A stretch of 26,880 bases of DNA from a virus (lineage: Duplodnaviria; Caudoviricetes), in the IMG/VR virus record IMGVR_UViG_3300005805_000392, positions 1-26,880 of that record; one strand, given 5' to 3'. The translations under genes were made by a program, and so were the position numbers. Of the stretch, positions 7,941-17,927 are shown piece by piece; position 1 is the first letter of the stretch; every line of letters begins with the position of its first letter. The notes below the pieces were generated by a model. The model was given only the letters and a program-made list of their open reading frames with translations. It ran no database searches and was not told the DNA's origin.

Positions 7941-10900
7941 TCAATATCCTGTTGGTTTATCGGTCTTATTGGTATTATCAAACTTGGTCTTTGAGGCTAC
8001 GATAGGCTTCTGACCAATTGTAAATGGTTCCTCAGAATCTGGTGTTGGAGGATCATATGGAGGCTCTTCAGATTCAATTACAGATGGGAAGATTAGAGGA
8101 GCAACAAAGTCTGGTACAACTTGATTTGCAGCCTCCAACGGATCTGGAATTGCTCTCAACTTTCTCTGCGCAGGAGGAATAGGTTCATTAGATACCACAG
8201 TTTTCTTCACTCTTTCGTTCTTAGGTCTCTTGTCAGAATTTTCCAATGCTGGAGGATCAGTAAATGGAACCTCAGTAATTGCTGGCGAGTTATTTATAGC
8301 CTGTACAGGAACTGTTACGATCGTAGTTCTTGGACGGCAGCGCTCAACAATGACCATAGTCTTAGTAATTTCTGGCTCTTGAGTTTCAGAAACATACTCT
8401 GGTGGCTTGATAATTTCTGGTGGCAGATCAACCGCAATCCAGCTATCAACCTCAGGCTTCAACTTCATATCGCCAATAAATGTGGCGAATAAGAATGGTT
8501 GAACTTGTGTGGTGGTTCCGCTGACCAACCCTTGGGTGATTGCTGGCGTCTCAGTGTATCCTAGAGTAATTGTTCTTTCGTTTTCATCAGCATCATTTGT
8601 AGCCAATAACTTTAGATTGTTGACTTTATTCTTGAAGAACGGAGTCATGCTATTCTCATCCATACTCACATTGAAGTCTGGATGACGATAGTCTGCGATG
8701 TTGAAATTATCGAAGTTCTCACCAATAATACCAAACTTCTCTTTTTCTGTACCATCTTCATACTGAGAAGTGTCATCCAAGGCTTTGGTTTCAATATTGT
8801 TCAATGCTGTATAGTATTCTACTCTCTCAATACGCTTATCAAGTTTAGCGATATCCTTCATAGTGTATCGTTTGTTTTCAACATACTTCATGCGAATGTC
8901 ACCGACATTCGTCACATATGGAGGAAGGTAAATTTGATACAAAGTCATTGAATCAGATTCATCAGCTGGAGGCAGAGGTCTTGGATCAGACACGCCTTGT
9001 ATAATTCTGAACTCTTTGTTCTTACTCAATACCAACTTATCAATTCTTGGTAGGAAATATGAGAACGACAATTCAGTAGCACTTCCTGGTTGAGGTAACA
9101 ATCCAGTCTGAATCACTGTAGGGTTTCCGATGTTTCTAGTTGGTCTAAAATCCATACAGTCTTGAAGATTGAACACACCATTCTTCGTTGAATAGTAGAT
9201 AGGAATGGTTCCTGCGTTATAGACAGCAGGTTCATAAGAATCTACGTTGAAGTATGATGCACCAGTTGGATATGTATGTAAGAAATAATCGACATGCACA
9301 GTCAACTTAGCGTATGGAGCTGGGTATCCCTGTTTCAAGATTAGTTTAGCGTGATCGTATAGATCATCTCGTTGACCATAGTCAACTACGAAATGATCAG
9401 TGATGTCTTCGTAATTATCTGAATCAGCGAAATTAGTTGTATTTCCCTTTAGAATTTTATTGACTTTGACTACATCTGGGACATAAAGACTAATGGAATC
9501 TCCAGGATAAATGTCAGTCATTTCAGGATCAGTAATAAAGATTAGACCATTCGCAACATTGATCTTGGCTACTGTTCCGACATTCGGTTCGACCACAGTA
9601 AAGTTTAGTCCAGCTGCAGTGATTGAATCATCTGGGTAATTGAATACACTTGAGGATTCAGATGTATAGTAGTTATTGCTGCTCTTGAAAGACTTTGTTT
9701 TCTTTCTTTGATTTGCTAAACTGACTTCTAGTAGAATGAAGATATCGACGTTACGAATATCAGTATCACCAAAATCAAAGGTTAGGCTTGATGCACCAGG
9801 AGTAACTTGGCTGGTAGTCACACGCAAAACCTGCCCATTCTTAGGATTTGATCCACCAGGAGTGTTCACGTTTTGAGTGATAACAATCAAATTATCATCC
9901 AAATTAGACTGAGTCAATGCCCATGGACGCGACTCATACGCTTCAAAGTTGATTGTAACCTGTCCACTGGTGCAAGTTAGATTTTCATAGTATCTCACAT
10001 AAGTGTATTGTACATTATCGTTGAAACTGCCTCTCTTGGCATAGTTCTTGGGCAGACGATAGATCAAAGCATTGTCAGTATTTTCGAATAACTCTACATC
10101 ACCGTTGATCAATCTTGACTTTACAGAGATGTCCGCATATGCATTCACAGTCATATTTGCAGCAGTTGTGGTTATGGAAATTGGTGTTTCAATAAACGAC
10201 TCAATATCCTTGACGCCAAAGTTCAACTGCAATACTGGATCTGCTGCAGAACCAGCTGAATTAGCAATTGCTCCCTCATCAAAAGGACGATCTAGATATG
10301 CGATTCTAGTTGCACCATCATATCTCTCAATAATTCTTGTTTGTCCTGTGGTGTTTGAGGTATAATCTTCTTGTACGAAAATTGGTAGAACTTTGCTATC
10401 ATCAAGCGAACCTGCAACTATATTTGATGTGAATCCAGTATTGGCAATCAAGTAAGAATTTGCACTGCTTACTACATTCACAACCTGACGAACTTCATCA
10501 CCAATTCGAATAATTTTACCAACTAGATCATTAAACACAGTTGTTTCGCTGTTGATATGAGTTGCGTTAGCAAACACATAACCATTTGCGAAAACTATTG
10601 GTCTATCTACTAGTGTTCCTGTTGAATTGGCAACAGGCGTCAACTTGATTGGAAGTATAGTCACTGATACATTTTGATAAGCATTTGATATATTGCTTGC
10701 TCTATCAGTTAGATGTAGTGTGTTGCTAGTTAGAACAGTTGTGGTATTCATGCGAATGACTTTAGGTTTGACGTCAATTTCGCTGAAGTATACCTTATAT
10801 GTACCATTAGATTCATTGCTGTCTAGAGACACAGCATCTCTCATGATATTGCGAATTCTAGCAGTTCCTATTTTTGTGTTTGCATACATTGATGCATTTG

Positions 10901-12101
10901 CAGTTGAACCGCCAGTCAATCCAATATTTACGCTACTCGCAGGAACACAGTGTAGATCGACTTTTTCTAGACTTGCAATGTTGACAGATGAGTTTGCTTG
11001 ATTTGAACCATATAGATATCTAAAAATTAGATAGTTGCCATACTTGGTATCTAAGTCAATGTTGGTCAAAGAACGGGTGTCTGTGACAGCATCTCGAGGT
11101 TTTGGTGTTTCTAGTTTGAATGTTCCAAGAGTTTCAAATTCAAATCCCTTGACGTAGGCTTTGCCAGGTTCAATATTGATGATATAATTATCTGGATTTT
11201 GAGATTCTGCAACTGATGCTCTAAATGGCACTACAGTATAATCGCCAGATTCATCAAAGGTTCGGCGAGCCAAAGTCTTTTCGATTTCTGAATAGATTGG
11301 ATACTTGACCTGCTTAGTGATTGCTCCATTTTCAACACGCATCAATTCAAAGAACTTAGATTCGTCGATAGCAGTGTTTAGAGGTCTTGTGGTCAACGTC
11401 AGATTGAACTGGTATCTATCTGCTCCAGGAGCCTGATAGTTGAATGAGCCTAGTGCTGGATCAAGTAGAGTGGAATCAGCCACATAATCTACGATCTCGT
11501 CGCTAATTTCTAGACCGATCTTGACGTTGGCTTGTTGAGAATATGCATCTACAACAGCTGTTTGTTGATTTACCTGTACGAAATATCCATCAACGTAGAA
11601 AATGCCTTCATTGATGGAAACCACAGTACCTTTACCAGAAGCAGCACTGTCTACGCACTTGGCTCTAGTTGTTGTTCCTGCAACTTTGAACACATCACCA
11701 TCTTCGAATTCCAGACCACTCAAATACTTCACCATCAGAGTTGGTAGACCACCAGCTGGGAACGAGGTTGCAAGAACCTTTGCTTGAACAGCGCTGTCAG
11801 AGTCGCGTAAGATAATTCTATTGTTGAAGTTCTCTAGTTCAATATCTTCATTATTGAATGTTTCGTCTAATTTCAGATATGAGATTTTATTGTCAAGGCT
11901 TAGATTTCCACCTACAACTGGTGAACCATCTTGAAAGATATGATCGCCGAATGCCTTTATCTGATTCTGTAGAATGGACTGAATCTGAGTGAGCTCTCTA
12001 GCCTGAACTGAGGCTCCAGGCTTGAATAATATCTTTAGATAGTTGTTTAACTTGGCGTTCTGCTCAAAATCATCATAGTACGGATTTATGTTAAATTCCA
12101 T
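7941..12101 (-). CDS. Virion structural protein corresponding to the N-terminal part of a VrlC/DUF4815-like protein
   Basis: FNINPYYDDF..KILFKPGASVQARELTQIQSILQNQI..FG.HIF.DG, APGADRY, LARRTFDESGDY, PGKAYVKGFE, DFRP, YFLPRIDKL and NKRYTMKDIAKLDKRIERVEYYTAL; ends in a Pro-rich tail. Confidence 0.85.
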   Translation of the reverse strand: MEFNINPYYDDFEQNAKLNNYLKILFKPGASVQARELTQIQSILQNQIKAFGDHIFQDGSPVVGGNLSLDNKISYLKLDETFNNEDIELENFNNRIILRDSDSAVQAKVLATSFPAGGLPTLMVKYLSGLEFEDGDVFKVAGTTTRAKCVDSAASGKGTVVSINEGIFYVDGYFVQVNQQTAVVDAYSQQANVKIGLEISDEIVDYVADSTLLDPALGSFNYQAPGADRYQFNLTLTTRPLNTAIDESKFFELMRVENGAITKQVKYPIYSEIEKTLARRTFDESGDYTVVPFRASVAESQNPDNYIINIEPGKAYVKGFEFETLGTFKLETPKPRDAVTDTRSLTNIDLDTKYGNYLIFRYLYGSNQANSSVNIASLEKVDLHCVPASSVNIGLTGGSTANASMYANTKIGTARIRNIMRDAVSLDSNESNGTYKVYFSEIDVKPKVIRMNTTTVLTSNTLHLTDRASNISNAYQNVSVTILPIKLTPVANSTGTLVDRPIVFANGYVFANATHINSETTVFNDLVGKIIRIGDEVRQVVNVVSSANSYLIANTGFTSNIVAGSLDDSKVLPIFVQEDYTSNTTGQTRIIERYDGATRIAYLDRPFDEGAIANSAGSAADPVLQLNFGVKDIESFIETPISITTTAANMTVNAYADISVKSRLINGDVELFENTDNALIYRLPKNYAKRGSFNDNVQYTYVRYYENLTCTSGQVTINFEAYESRPWALTQSNLDDNLIVITQNVNTPGGSNPKNGQVLRVTTSQVTPGASSLTFDFGDTDIRNVDIFILLEVSLANQRKKTKSFKSSNNYYTSESSSVFNYPDDSITAAGLNFTVVEPNVGTVAKINVANGLIFITDPEMTDIYPGDSISLYVPDVVKVNKILKGNTTNFADSDNYEDITDHFVVDYGQRDDLYDHAKLILKQGYPAPYAKLTVHVDYFLHTYPTGASYFNVDSYEPAVYNAGTIPIYYSTKNGVFNLQDCMDFRPTRNIGNPTVIQTGLLPQPGSATELSFSYFLPRIDKLVLSKNKEFRIIQGVSDPRPLPPADESDSMTLYQIYLPPYVTNVGDIRMKYVENKRYTMKDIAKLDKRIERVEYYTALNNIETKALDDTSQYEDGTEKEKFGIIGENFDNFNIADYRHPDFNVSMDENSMTPFFKNKVNNLKLLATNDADENERTITLGYTETPAITQGLVSGTTTQVQPFLFATFIGDMKLKPEVDSWIAVDLPPEIIKPPEYVSETQEPEITKTMVIVERCRPRTTIVTVPVQAINNSPAITEVPFTDPPALENSDKRPKNERVKKTVVSNEPIPPAQRKLRAIPDPLEAANQVVPDFVAPLIFPSVIESEEPPYDPPTPDSEEPFTIGQKPIVASKTKFDNTNKTDKPTGY

Positions 12102-12112
12102 CTTTTAGCCTT

Positions 12113-13723
12113 TTAGAAAGAAAATGTTAGTCTAATCTGCTCAGACTGATTGTTATCTCGAATAATCTTAGACCTATTCTCAATATATAGCACGTCACCT
12201 GTGAATAACTCAATTACAGGATCATCTACTGACAAGATAGTTCCAACTGCTGCAGATGATACACCTGTCAATTGTTCTCCTGTAGAATAAGTTCCCGTCA
12301 GATTATTTAGGTACAATATATTGTTGTTTGTATCCCAATATACAACAACACCTGTAAACGATGCAGTTGCTAAACTTGGTCCAATGTAGACCGTTTCGTC
12401 GTTCAGATAGTTGGTAGAACCAGGATCTGTGATGGTAACTTTGGTTGTAATTCTGTATACACTAGCGTTAGCATAAGAACCATTCGCCAGAACTGGATCT
12501 CTAATCAAACAAATCTGTCTAAAATCGAAAGTATCGCTGTTGGTATTGCTTACTGGAATATTACCACCCTCAGTACTATCCAATTCCACAGTAGTCATAA
12601 CTGAATAGCAACCCAATTCTCTGGATGGATCGGATCCATGTCCGTTGGGAGGTCCTATGATTACATCAAATACTGCATCATCGCCAGCAGTTGTCTGGTC
12701 TGGATCGACTGCAGTGATGGTTGCTGTGGTATATCCAGATCCACCATCTAGGATATTTAGATTGGTGATGACTCCGCTCTCCACCTTTGCAGTAATATTC
12801 GCGCCTGTACCATCGCCAGTTACGACGATAATTGGTAATGTATTGCTATTACCAGATTGCCCATTTAAATAATAACCAGATCCACCGTCGACTATGTCTA
12901 CGATATCTATTCTTCCCGAGACGGATGCAGAGGTGACTGTTGAGTCGGAAATTACTGGCATCCAAGTGCTGGTGAAGAACTTTTGTTTCAATCCATAGGG
13001 AATGGTATACATATATTTCCACTTATAGCCATCTCCTGCGATGATATATGGATTTTCTGGGAGTTGCCCATCTATATCTATGGTTGGTTCTACTGTTGAA
13101 CTTGTTTCACCATCATTATCTAAACACTTGAACACTTGATCCTTCTTATTGCGAACGTAAAAATTATTCGCGAATAGAGGATAAGTATTACTGATCTTCA
13201 ACATTAGATTTGATGTGAATGTAGTAGCAAATGCGGAGTTCACATTTAGAACACCACTACCAGAATCAACGTCTATGATTTCTCTACGAACTCCTTCTAA
13301 GTCAATTATGTCACCAGGAGAAAGAATTGAGAATATGCTGCCTGTGTCAACATTACTGACTTCTGTATCTCCAGTGGTAACAGTAACATTACCGACTTCT
13401 GTCTTAGATTCAAAACTGTACAGTTCGTAGTGATCTTGATATTTGTCGTATGTGGTACCAGATTGCCAATCTACTCTTGGAATCACTAAGCAAAGATCAG
13501 CGACCTGAACACGCTTCATCGCCACCATATCTCTAAAAATTTGATTTCTGTAATTGGTGGTGTATTGCGCTTCTTCGATTTCTGTTGGTGTTTCGTTAGA
13601 GTCATCACCCCAACGTATTGGTCGACCAATGGTTATGTATGTATTGGCTTGAACTGGAAAGATGTCTTCTTTGACTCTCTCAGCCATTTGATACTTCATA
13701 TAATGAGTAATGAGTGACTTCAT
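12113..13723 (-). CDS. gp8: Baseplate wedge subunit gp8
   Basis: YITIGRP..W, MVAMKRV, VIPRVDWQSGTTYD.Y, VFKCLDN, STVEP, DGYKWKYMYTI, GHGSDP.RELG, DFRQI.LIRDP and GDVLYIENR..I.R..Q.E; synteny after gp7. Confidence 0.92.
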   Translation of the reverse strand: MKSLITHYMKYQMAERVKEDIFPVQANTYITIGRPIRWGDDSNETPTEIEEAQYTTNYRNQIFRDMVAMKRVQVADLCLVIPRVDWQSGTTYDKYQDHYELYSFESKTEVGNVTVTTGDTEVSNVDTGSIFSILSPGDIIDLEGVRREIIDVDSGSGVLNVNSAFATTFTSNLMLKISNTYPLFANNFYVRNKKDQVFKCLDNDGETSSTVEPTIDIDGQLPENPYIIAGDGYKWKYMYTIPYGLKQKFFTSTWMPVISDSTVTSASVSGRIDIVDIVDGGSGYYLNGQSGNSNTLPIIVVTGDGTGANITAKVESGVITNLNILDGGSGYTTATITAVDPDQTTAGDDAVFDVIIGPPNGHGSDPSRELGCYSVMTTVELDSTEGGNIPVSNTNSDTFDFRQICLIRDPVLANGSYANASVYRITTKVTITDPGSTNYLNDETVYIGPSLATASFTGVVVYWDTNNNILYLNNLTGTYSTGEQLTGVSSAAVGTILSVDDPVIELFTGDVLYIENRSKIIRDNNQSEQIRLTFSF

Positions 13724-13727
13724 GTTA

Positions 13728-16700
13728 CTAATCCGTTACAGTTATAATTTCGTAATCGTAATCTCTGGTAGAGTAATCTGGAACAACCTTATATACAATA
13801 TTGCTCAAGTTACTTGATATTGCTACATTGGTTGTCAAATTTGAACCGACCACATCTACTTGCACGTCTACCAATGTGGCTAGTTTATATAAATCCTCTC
13901 CACTTGTATTAGTAGAAAACGCTGCATTTACGTTCAGAGTTTCTTGACCCGCATCTACTGATACAATCTTTCTAACTTGGTTATTTATTATAATAAAATC
14001 ATTCGCTGCCAATTCGTTATCAAAATCTGTTGAGGTTCCGACTACCTTGGTGTTTGTGGTAAAGACCTGTACAGTTCCAGTTTGCGCTAGGTATAGATTT
14101 GCAGTAGCAATGTTGATCTTTATTGTATCATCGTTAGCAATAAAGTGATTTATTCTATTTGTGTTACCGCTGACTTGGAAAACACTATCTTGCAACAATG
14201 CGATGCTATTACCAGTTCCTGTGTAGGTGAATACACTATTTACAGAAAGCAGAGTAGAAGAAGAAATAGTATCAACCTGTTTGATTTGTCCATTTACCTT
14301 GATAAAGTCGCCAGCATTCAATTGTGATGTAAACGATGTACCGCTACCCAACACATTAGCATTCGCCAGATATAATGACTGACCTGTTGCATAATTTATG
14401 AATGGAGTGTTTACCACTAGTGAAGTGTCTGAGTTTCTAACTGTAACTTCGCGGATTTCATTGTTTACCGTGACGATATCGCCGACCGAAATTTCAGGAA
14501 TGAAATTAGTTCCTGATCCTGTAATGACATTACTAGATAGGTAGATATCTTCTTCAGTTCCAGCAAATCTAAACACGCTGTTGACTTCCATATAACTTGA
14601 GTTGGCAATAATGGTAACTGATCTGACTTGATTGTTGATCGTAATAATATCGCCAACTACCAATTCTGAAGTGAAATTGCCACCAGCTCCCAGAACAACA
14701 TTGCTGGATTTCTCGACATTTGCAACGGAAACGATTGGAGAATTGATTTCAACAGTTCCAGATACTGCAGGATTGATTGTCACTGTTCCAGTAATCGCAC
14801 TAAAAACAACATTTGAACTAATCTTACCCTCGCCTATATATGTGAAGTCTGAGTCTGTTTGAATTTCCGTATTGCTGACGACAACCGTAACTATCTTAGC
14901 CTGATTTCGTAGAGGATTCAATGAATCTTTTATTAGAATCATATCTCCAACTTCAATCAAATTGTTAGCCTCTTCCCAAATAGTGTTGGTACCAACTACT
15001 ACGTTAGAAGTAGAATCATTTATTTGCACATTAGAAATTTGACCTGTATATGTTGTGATTGTATACACAGTGGTGTTAGAATCAATGGTATCCTTTAGAT
15101 CATTCTTAGCGATTGTTCTTGACAACATCGAGGTTCCAATCGGATGAACGATGTCATTTACTGATTTTCTATATTCTCCAATAGACTTTTCAGATTCTAT
15201 CACGTATGAGTAGTTATGATAAATTTTGCTGTCTTGTGTTTTCTTATCAGCACTCAAGAATCCGTCAGTGTTCACATAGAATCCAGGATATTGAATCAAT
15301 CCGTTGAAAAACTCTGCAACAGCCTTAGCCTTACCATTGCCATAAAAGTATGGATTAGGTAGACCAGCTGTAATAATTTCTTGGGGATATTGTTCTGGGG
15401 CTGGAACTTTCTTAGTTGCATCTATAGAAAATGTCGCAGAGGTTCCGTCCTTTGTAAATGGTAGAGATGAATTGAAGTTGGTAAACGAGTTACCAGAGTA
15501 GTTGAATAGTCGCAGCTTTCCAGTAGTTGTGTCATAACTCTTTACAGTTCCCTGGAAAATTGCTGAGGATAAACTTGCGCCTTGAAACACGACATCACCT
15601 TCACTCAACGAGCCAGATGTCGGAGTTGTGACCATCATATCAACTACTTTCAGAGAAATCACTGGAGTTGAAATGTAGTCAAATCCTCTTGAAACAACTT
15701 TGATATCACGAATTCTCCCAATCGCTCCAGTGTCGATAGAATTTACTACACCCTCGCCGAAACCATACGCAGTGACTATGGCTCCTGATCCACCATTACC
15801 ATCATCAACTTCAGCAGACTTTGTGCTAACGTATCCTTCGCCTCTATTTACAATCGTAGTTCTAACTACCGATCCAGCTGAATTGACGTTTACATATCCA
15901 ACAAATCCATATCCACTACCGCCATCCACTATAATTGGATCACCGTTAGAGTATCCTTGTCCTGGATTATTGATGTAGATATGAGCAATTCTGCCATAAA
16001 CTCCGATTGGCTGACGATATGATTGGTATAGAGTGTTCGCTAGATAATTAGAATCACCCAATGCTTGTGCTTCTGACAAGAACGTGTCATAGTAACTATC
16101 TATCTGAATGGTTGGTGTTGATCTAAATCCGAAGCCACCTTCCAGAACATTGTACAACGCGATGCCGCCAGTATCAATCAATTCTGTGGCTAGTCCTTGG
16201 TAAATAAATGATCCTGCGTTAGTTCTCTGTGTAACTTCTACGATGTCAGAATGCGAATCACTCTGATCGTTATATGTAAATGTCTTACCGCTATTGGCGC
16301 AAACTACACCGCCAGCAGAAAGATCTTGCAGAGTCATTTGTAGATTTTCTTTGGTGAATGCTAAATTACCAGTAGCATTACTCAATCTAACATCATATAG
16401 AACGAGTGGTGCTGTACAAGCAGCGCCACCATCTCCAAACTCAAAAACATTGTTTGGAGTTGCAATCTTAGCCTTGAAATATGCAGCTGTATAATTAGCA
16501 CCATTGGCATAAATCAATTCATTGTTTTGATATCTAGCACTAGATGATGTTTCAGTTAGATTGATAATAATGTTTCTATTGTTTTGAGTAAATGCAGTGT
16601 AGTCGCATTCAACTTTCCATGTGGCATAGGTTCCAGTCCCAACTACAGAGTCCACTGAAACAACTAGGGCACCTGTTCCGCTGGTGTAACTAGTCACATT

Positions 16701-17921
16701 ACCAAGCATGTACTTAGAACTATCTGTGGCGTAAATGATATTTACTCTTTCACCAGTAACAAAGTTTAGACCAGTTTCAACTGTCAAACTTTTACTACCA
16801 GTGCCTATTGCAAGAGAGGTTGTGCTATTCGCTCTTTCTCCGCTGCCTATTACCTGATTTTCCAGATATAAAATAGGCATCTTGTCAATTTCAATCGTTT
16901 CCTTGAAAGAAGCCTGACTATTGGTCGTCAATAAAACTTCATTCAACCCAGAAACTCTTATATCAGTTCTGGAGTTGGCATTAGGATCATCTTCAGCTGT
17001 TCGTAACACGCTGGTCAGAGTATTGGAATACAGTCTGTATCCATATCCTGGGAATGATGGAACGACGCCTTCAATTGATCCAGAAGAAACATTGCCCACA
17101 TATGCAACTGCATCTGTTGCCTCTGAGGTGTTATCTAATCCACCATAAACAACAACTGGATCCCCAACATTATATGACAGTCCTCTTCTTCTTTGTTGAG
17201 GATCAATGCGAATATTGGTATCCAAACGTATGGTAGATATCGCTCCGATAATTTTTTCTGAGAATGTTTTTAGAACATCATTGTCATCGACATATTGAAT
17301 TTCTAATTGCTCACCGTTGATAAATTCTTTGGTGACATTAGACACATAGATTTCTAAAATTTCATTACCGAAATTTCTATCAATGGTCTTATTGGCTGAC
17401 TCAATTACGCAAGTTGCTGTTGATTCAGATCCAATACCCAAACGCTTTTCTAATAAGTTAGGATCAATGGTTACATTGTTGCCAGTTAGAGTCAGATTGA
17501 ATGCTTTGGGCAGTTTCCATTTACCATCCGAGGCAATCAGTATTTGTTGTTTTGGATAATAGACTTCAATTTCTACATTGAACAAAACTCGGAACAACCA
17601 CTTCAGCGATTCTTCACTACCTTTTTTGGAGTAGAATTCGCGTGCACCTTTTAGTATCTTCACCAAGTCCAAAGAGGTTGTTTCTGGGAAGTATGGTAGG
17701 AATTCACTCTTGAATATGCGAATGAATGGGTCGAGAGTTTCATCAATATCACGATACTTTTCAGCATTCATGATGTGATAGACGGTGTTACCTTTGGTCT
17801 CGTCTTCCAACCATTCGTAGTATAATTCTACAAATCTTTTGAACTGTGGATGATTAGCCCTGACGAAGTCGGGTAGTTGTGTATCAATCAGCCCAGATAT
17901 TGTTTTTTCTGTTACAGCCAT
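13728..17921 (-). CDS. gp7: Baseplate wedge initiator gp7-like protein with added repeat domains
   Basis: QLPDFVR..HPQF..F...YYEWLE, FYSKKGSEESLKWLFRVLF, YPKQQILIASDGKW, GFLSADKKTQDS.IYHNYSYVIES and IVHPIG; sits between gp6 and gp8. Confidence 0.82.
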   Translation of the reverse strand: MAVTEKTISGLIDTQLPDFVRANHPQFKRFVELYYEWLEDETKGNTVYHIMNAEKYRDIDETLDPFIRIFKSEFLPYFPETTSLDLVKILKGAREFYSKKGSEESLKWLFRVLFNVEIEVYYPKQQILIASDGKWKLPKAFNLTLTGNNVTIDPNLLEKRLGIGSESTATCVIESANKTIDRNFGNEILEIYVSNVTKEFINGEQLEIQYVDDNDVLKTFSEKIIGAISTIRLDTNIRIDPQQRRRGLSYNVGDPVVVYGGLDNTSEATDAVAYVGNVSSGSIEGVVPSFPGYGYRLYSNTLTSVLRTAEDDPNANSRTDIRVSGLNEVLLTTNSQASFKETIEIDKMPILYLENQVIGSGERANSTTSLAIGTGSKSLTVETGLNFVTGERVNIIYATDSSKYMLGNVTSYTSGTGALVVSVDSVVGTGTYATWKVECDYTAFTQNNRNIIINLTETSSSARYQNNELIYANGANYTAAYFKAKIATPNNVFEFGDGGAACTAPLVLYDVRLSNATGNLAFTKENLQMTLQDLSAGGVVCANSGKTFTYNDQSDSHSDIVEVTQRTNAGSFIYQGLATELIDTGGIALYNVLEGGFGFRSTPTIQIDSYYDTFLSEAQALGDSNYLANTLYQSYRQPIGVYGRIAHIYINNPGQGYSNGDPIIVDGGSGYGFVGYVNVNSAGSVVRTTIVNRGEGYVSTKSAEVDDGNGGSGAIVTAYGFGEGVVNSIDTGAIGRIRDIKVVSRGFDYISTPVISLKVVDMMVTTPTSGSLSEGDVVFQGASLSSAIFQGTVKSYDTTTGKLRLFNYSGNSFTNFNSSLPFTKDGTSATFSIDATKKVPAPEQYPQEIITAGLPNPYFYGNGKAKAVAEFFNGLIQYPGFYVNTDGFLSADKKTQDSKIYHNYSYVIESEKSIGEYRKSVNDIVHPIGTSMLSRTIAKNDLKDTIDSNTTVYTITTYTGQISNVQINDSTSNVVVGTNTIWEEANNLIEVGDMILIKDSLNPLRNQAKIVTVVVSNTEIQTDSDFTYIGEGKISSNVVFSAITGTVTINPAVSGTVEINSPIVSVANVEKSSNVVLGAGGNFTSELVVGDIITINNQVRSVTIIANSSYMEVNSVFRFAGTEEDIYLSSNVITGSGTNFIPEISVGDIVTVNNEIREVTVRNSDTSLVVNTPFINYATGQSLYLANANVLGSGTSFTSQLNAGDFIKVNGQIKQVDTISSSTLLSVNSVFTYTGTGNSIALLQDSVFQVSGNTNRINHFIANDDTIKINIATANLYLAQTGTVQVFTTNTKVVGTSTDFDNELAANDFIIINNQVRKIVSVDAGQETLNVNAAFSTNTSGEDLYKLATLVDVQVDVVGSNLTTNVAISSNLSNIVYKVVPDYSTRDYDYEIITVTD
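13890..15020 (-). repeat. Five copies of a ~55-aa protein repeat in the gp7 C-terminus
   Basis: Consensus NVxGxGTxFxxELxxGDxIxINNQxRxVxxIxxxTxLxVNxxF, at about 14845-15010, 14555-14710, 14385-14535, 14210-14365 and 13900-14060. Confidence 0.8.
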
Positions 17922-17927
17922 AATGGA

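Noticed and set aside
7936-8000. Programmed -1 frameshift fusing the two VrlC-like ORFs
   Set aside because: The downstream frame has a TAA four codons before its TTG and more stops further up. No slippery heptamer lies in the open overlap, and a coupled ATG with AGGA is present.
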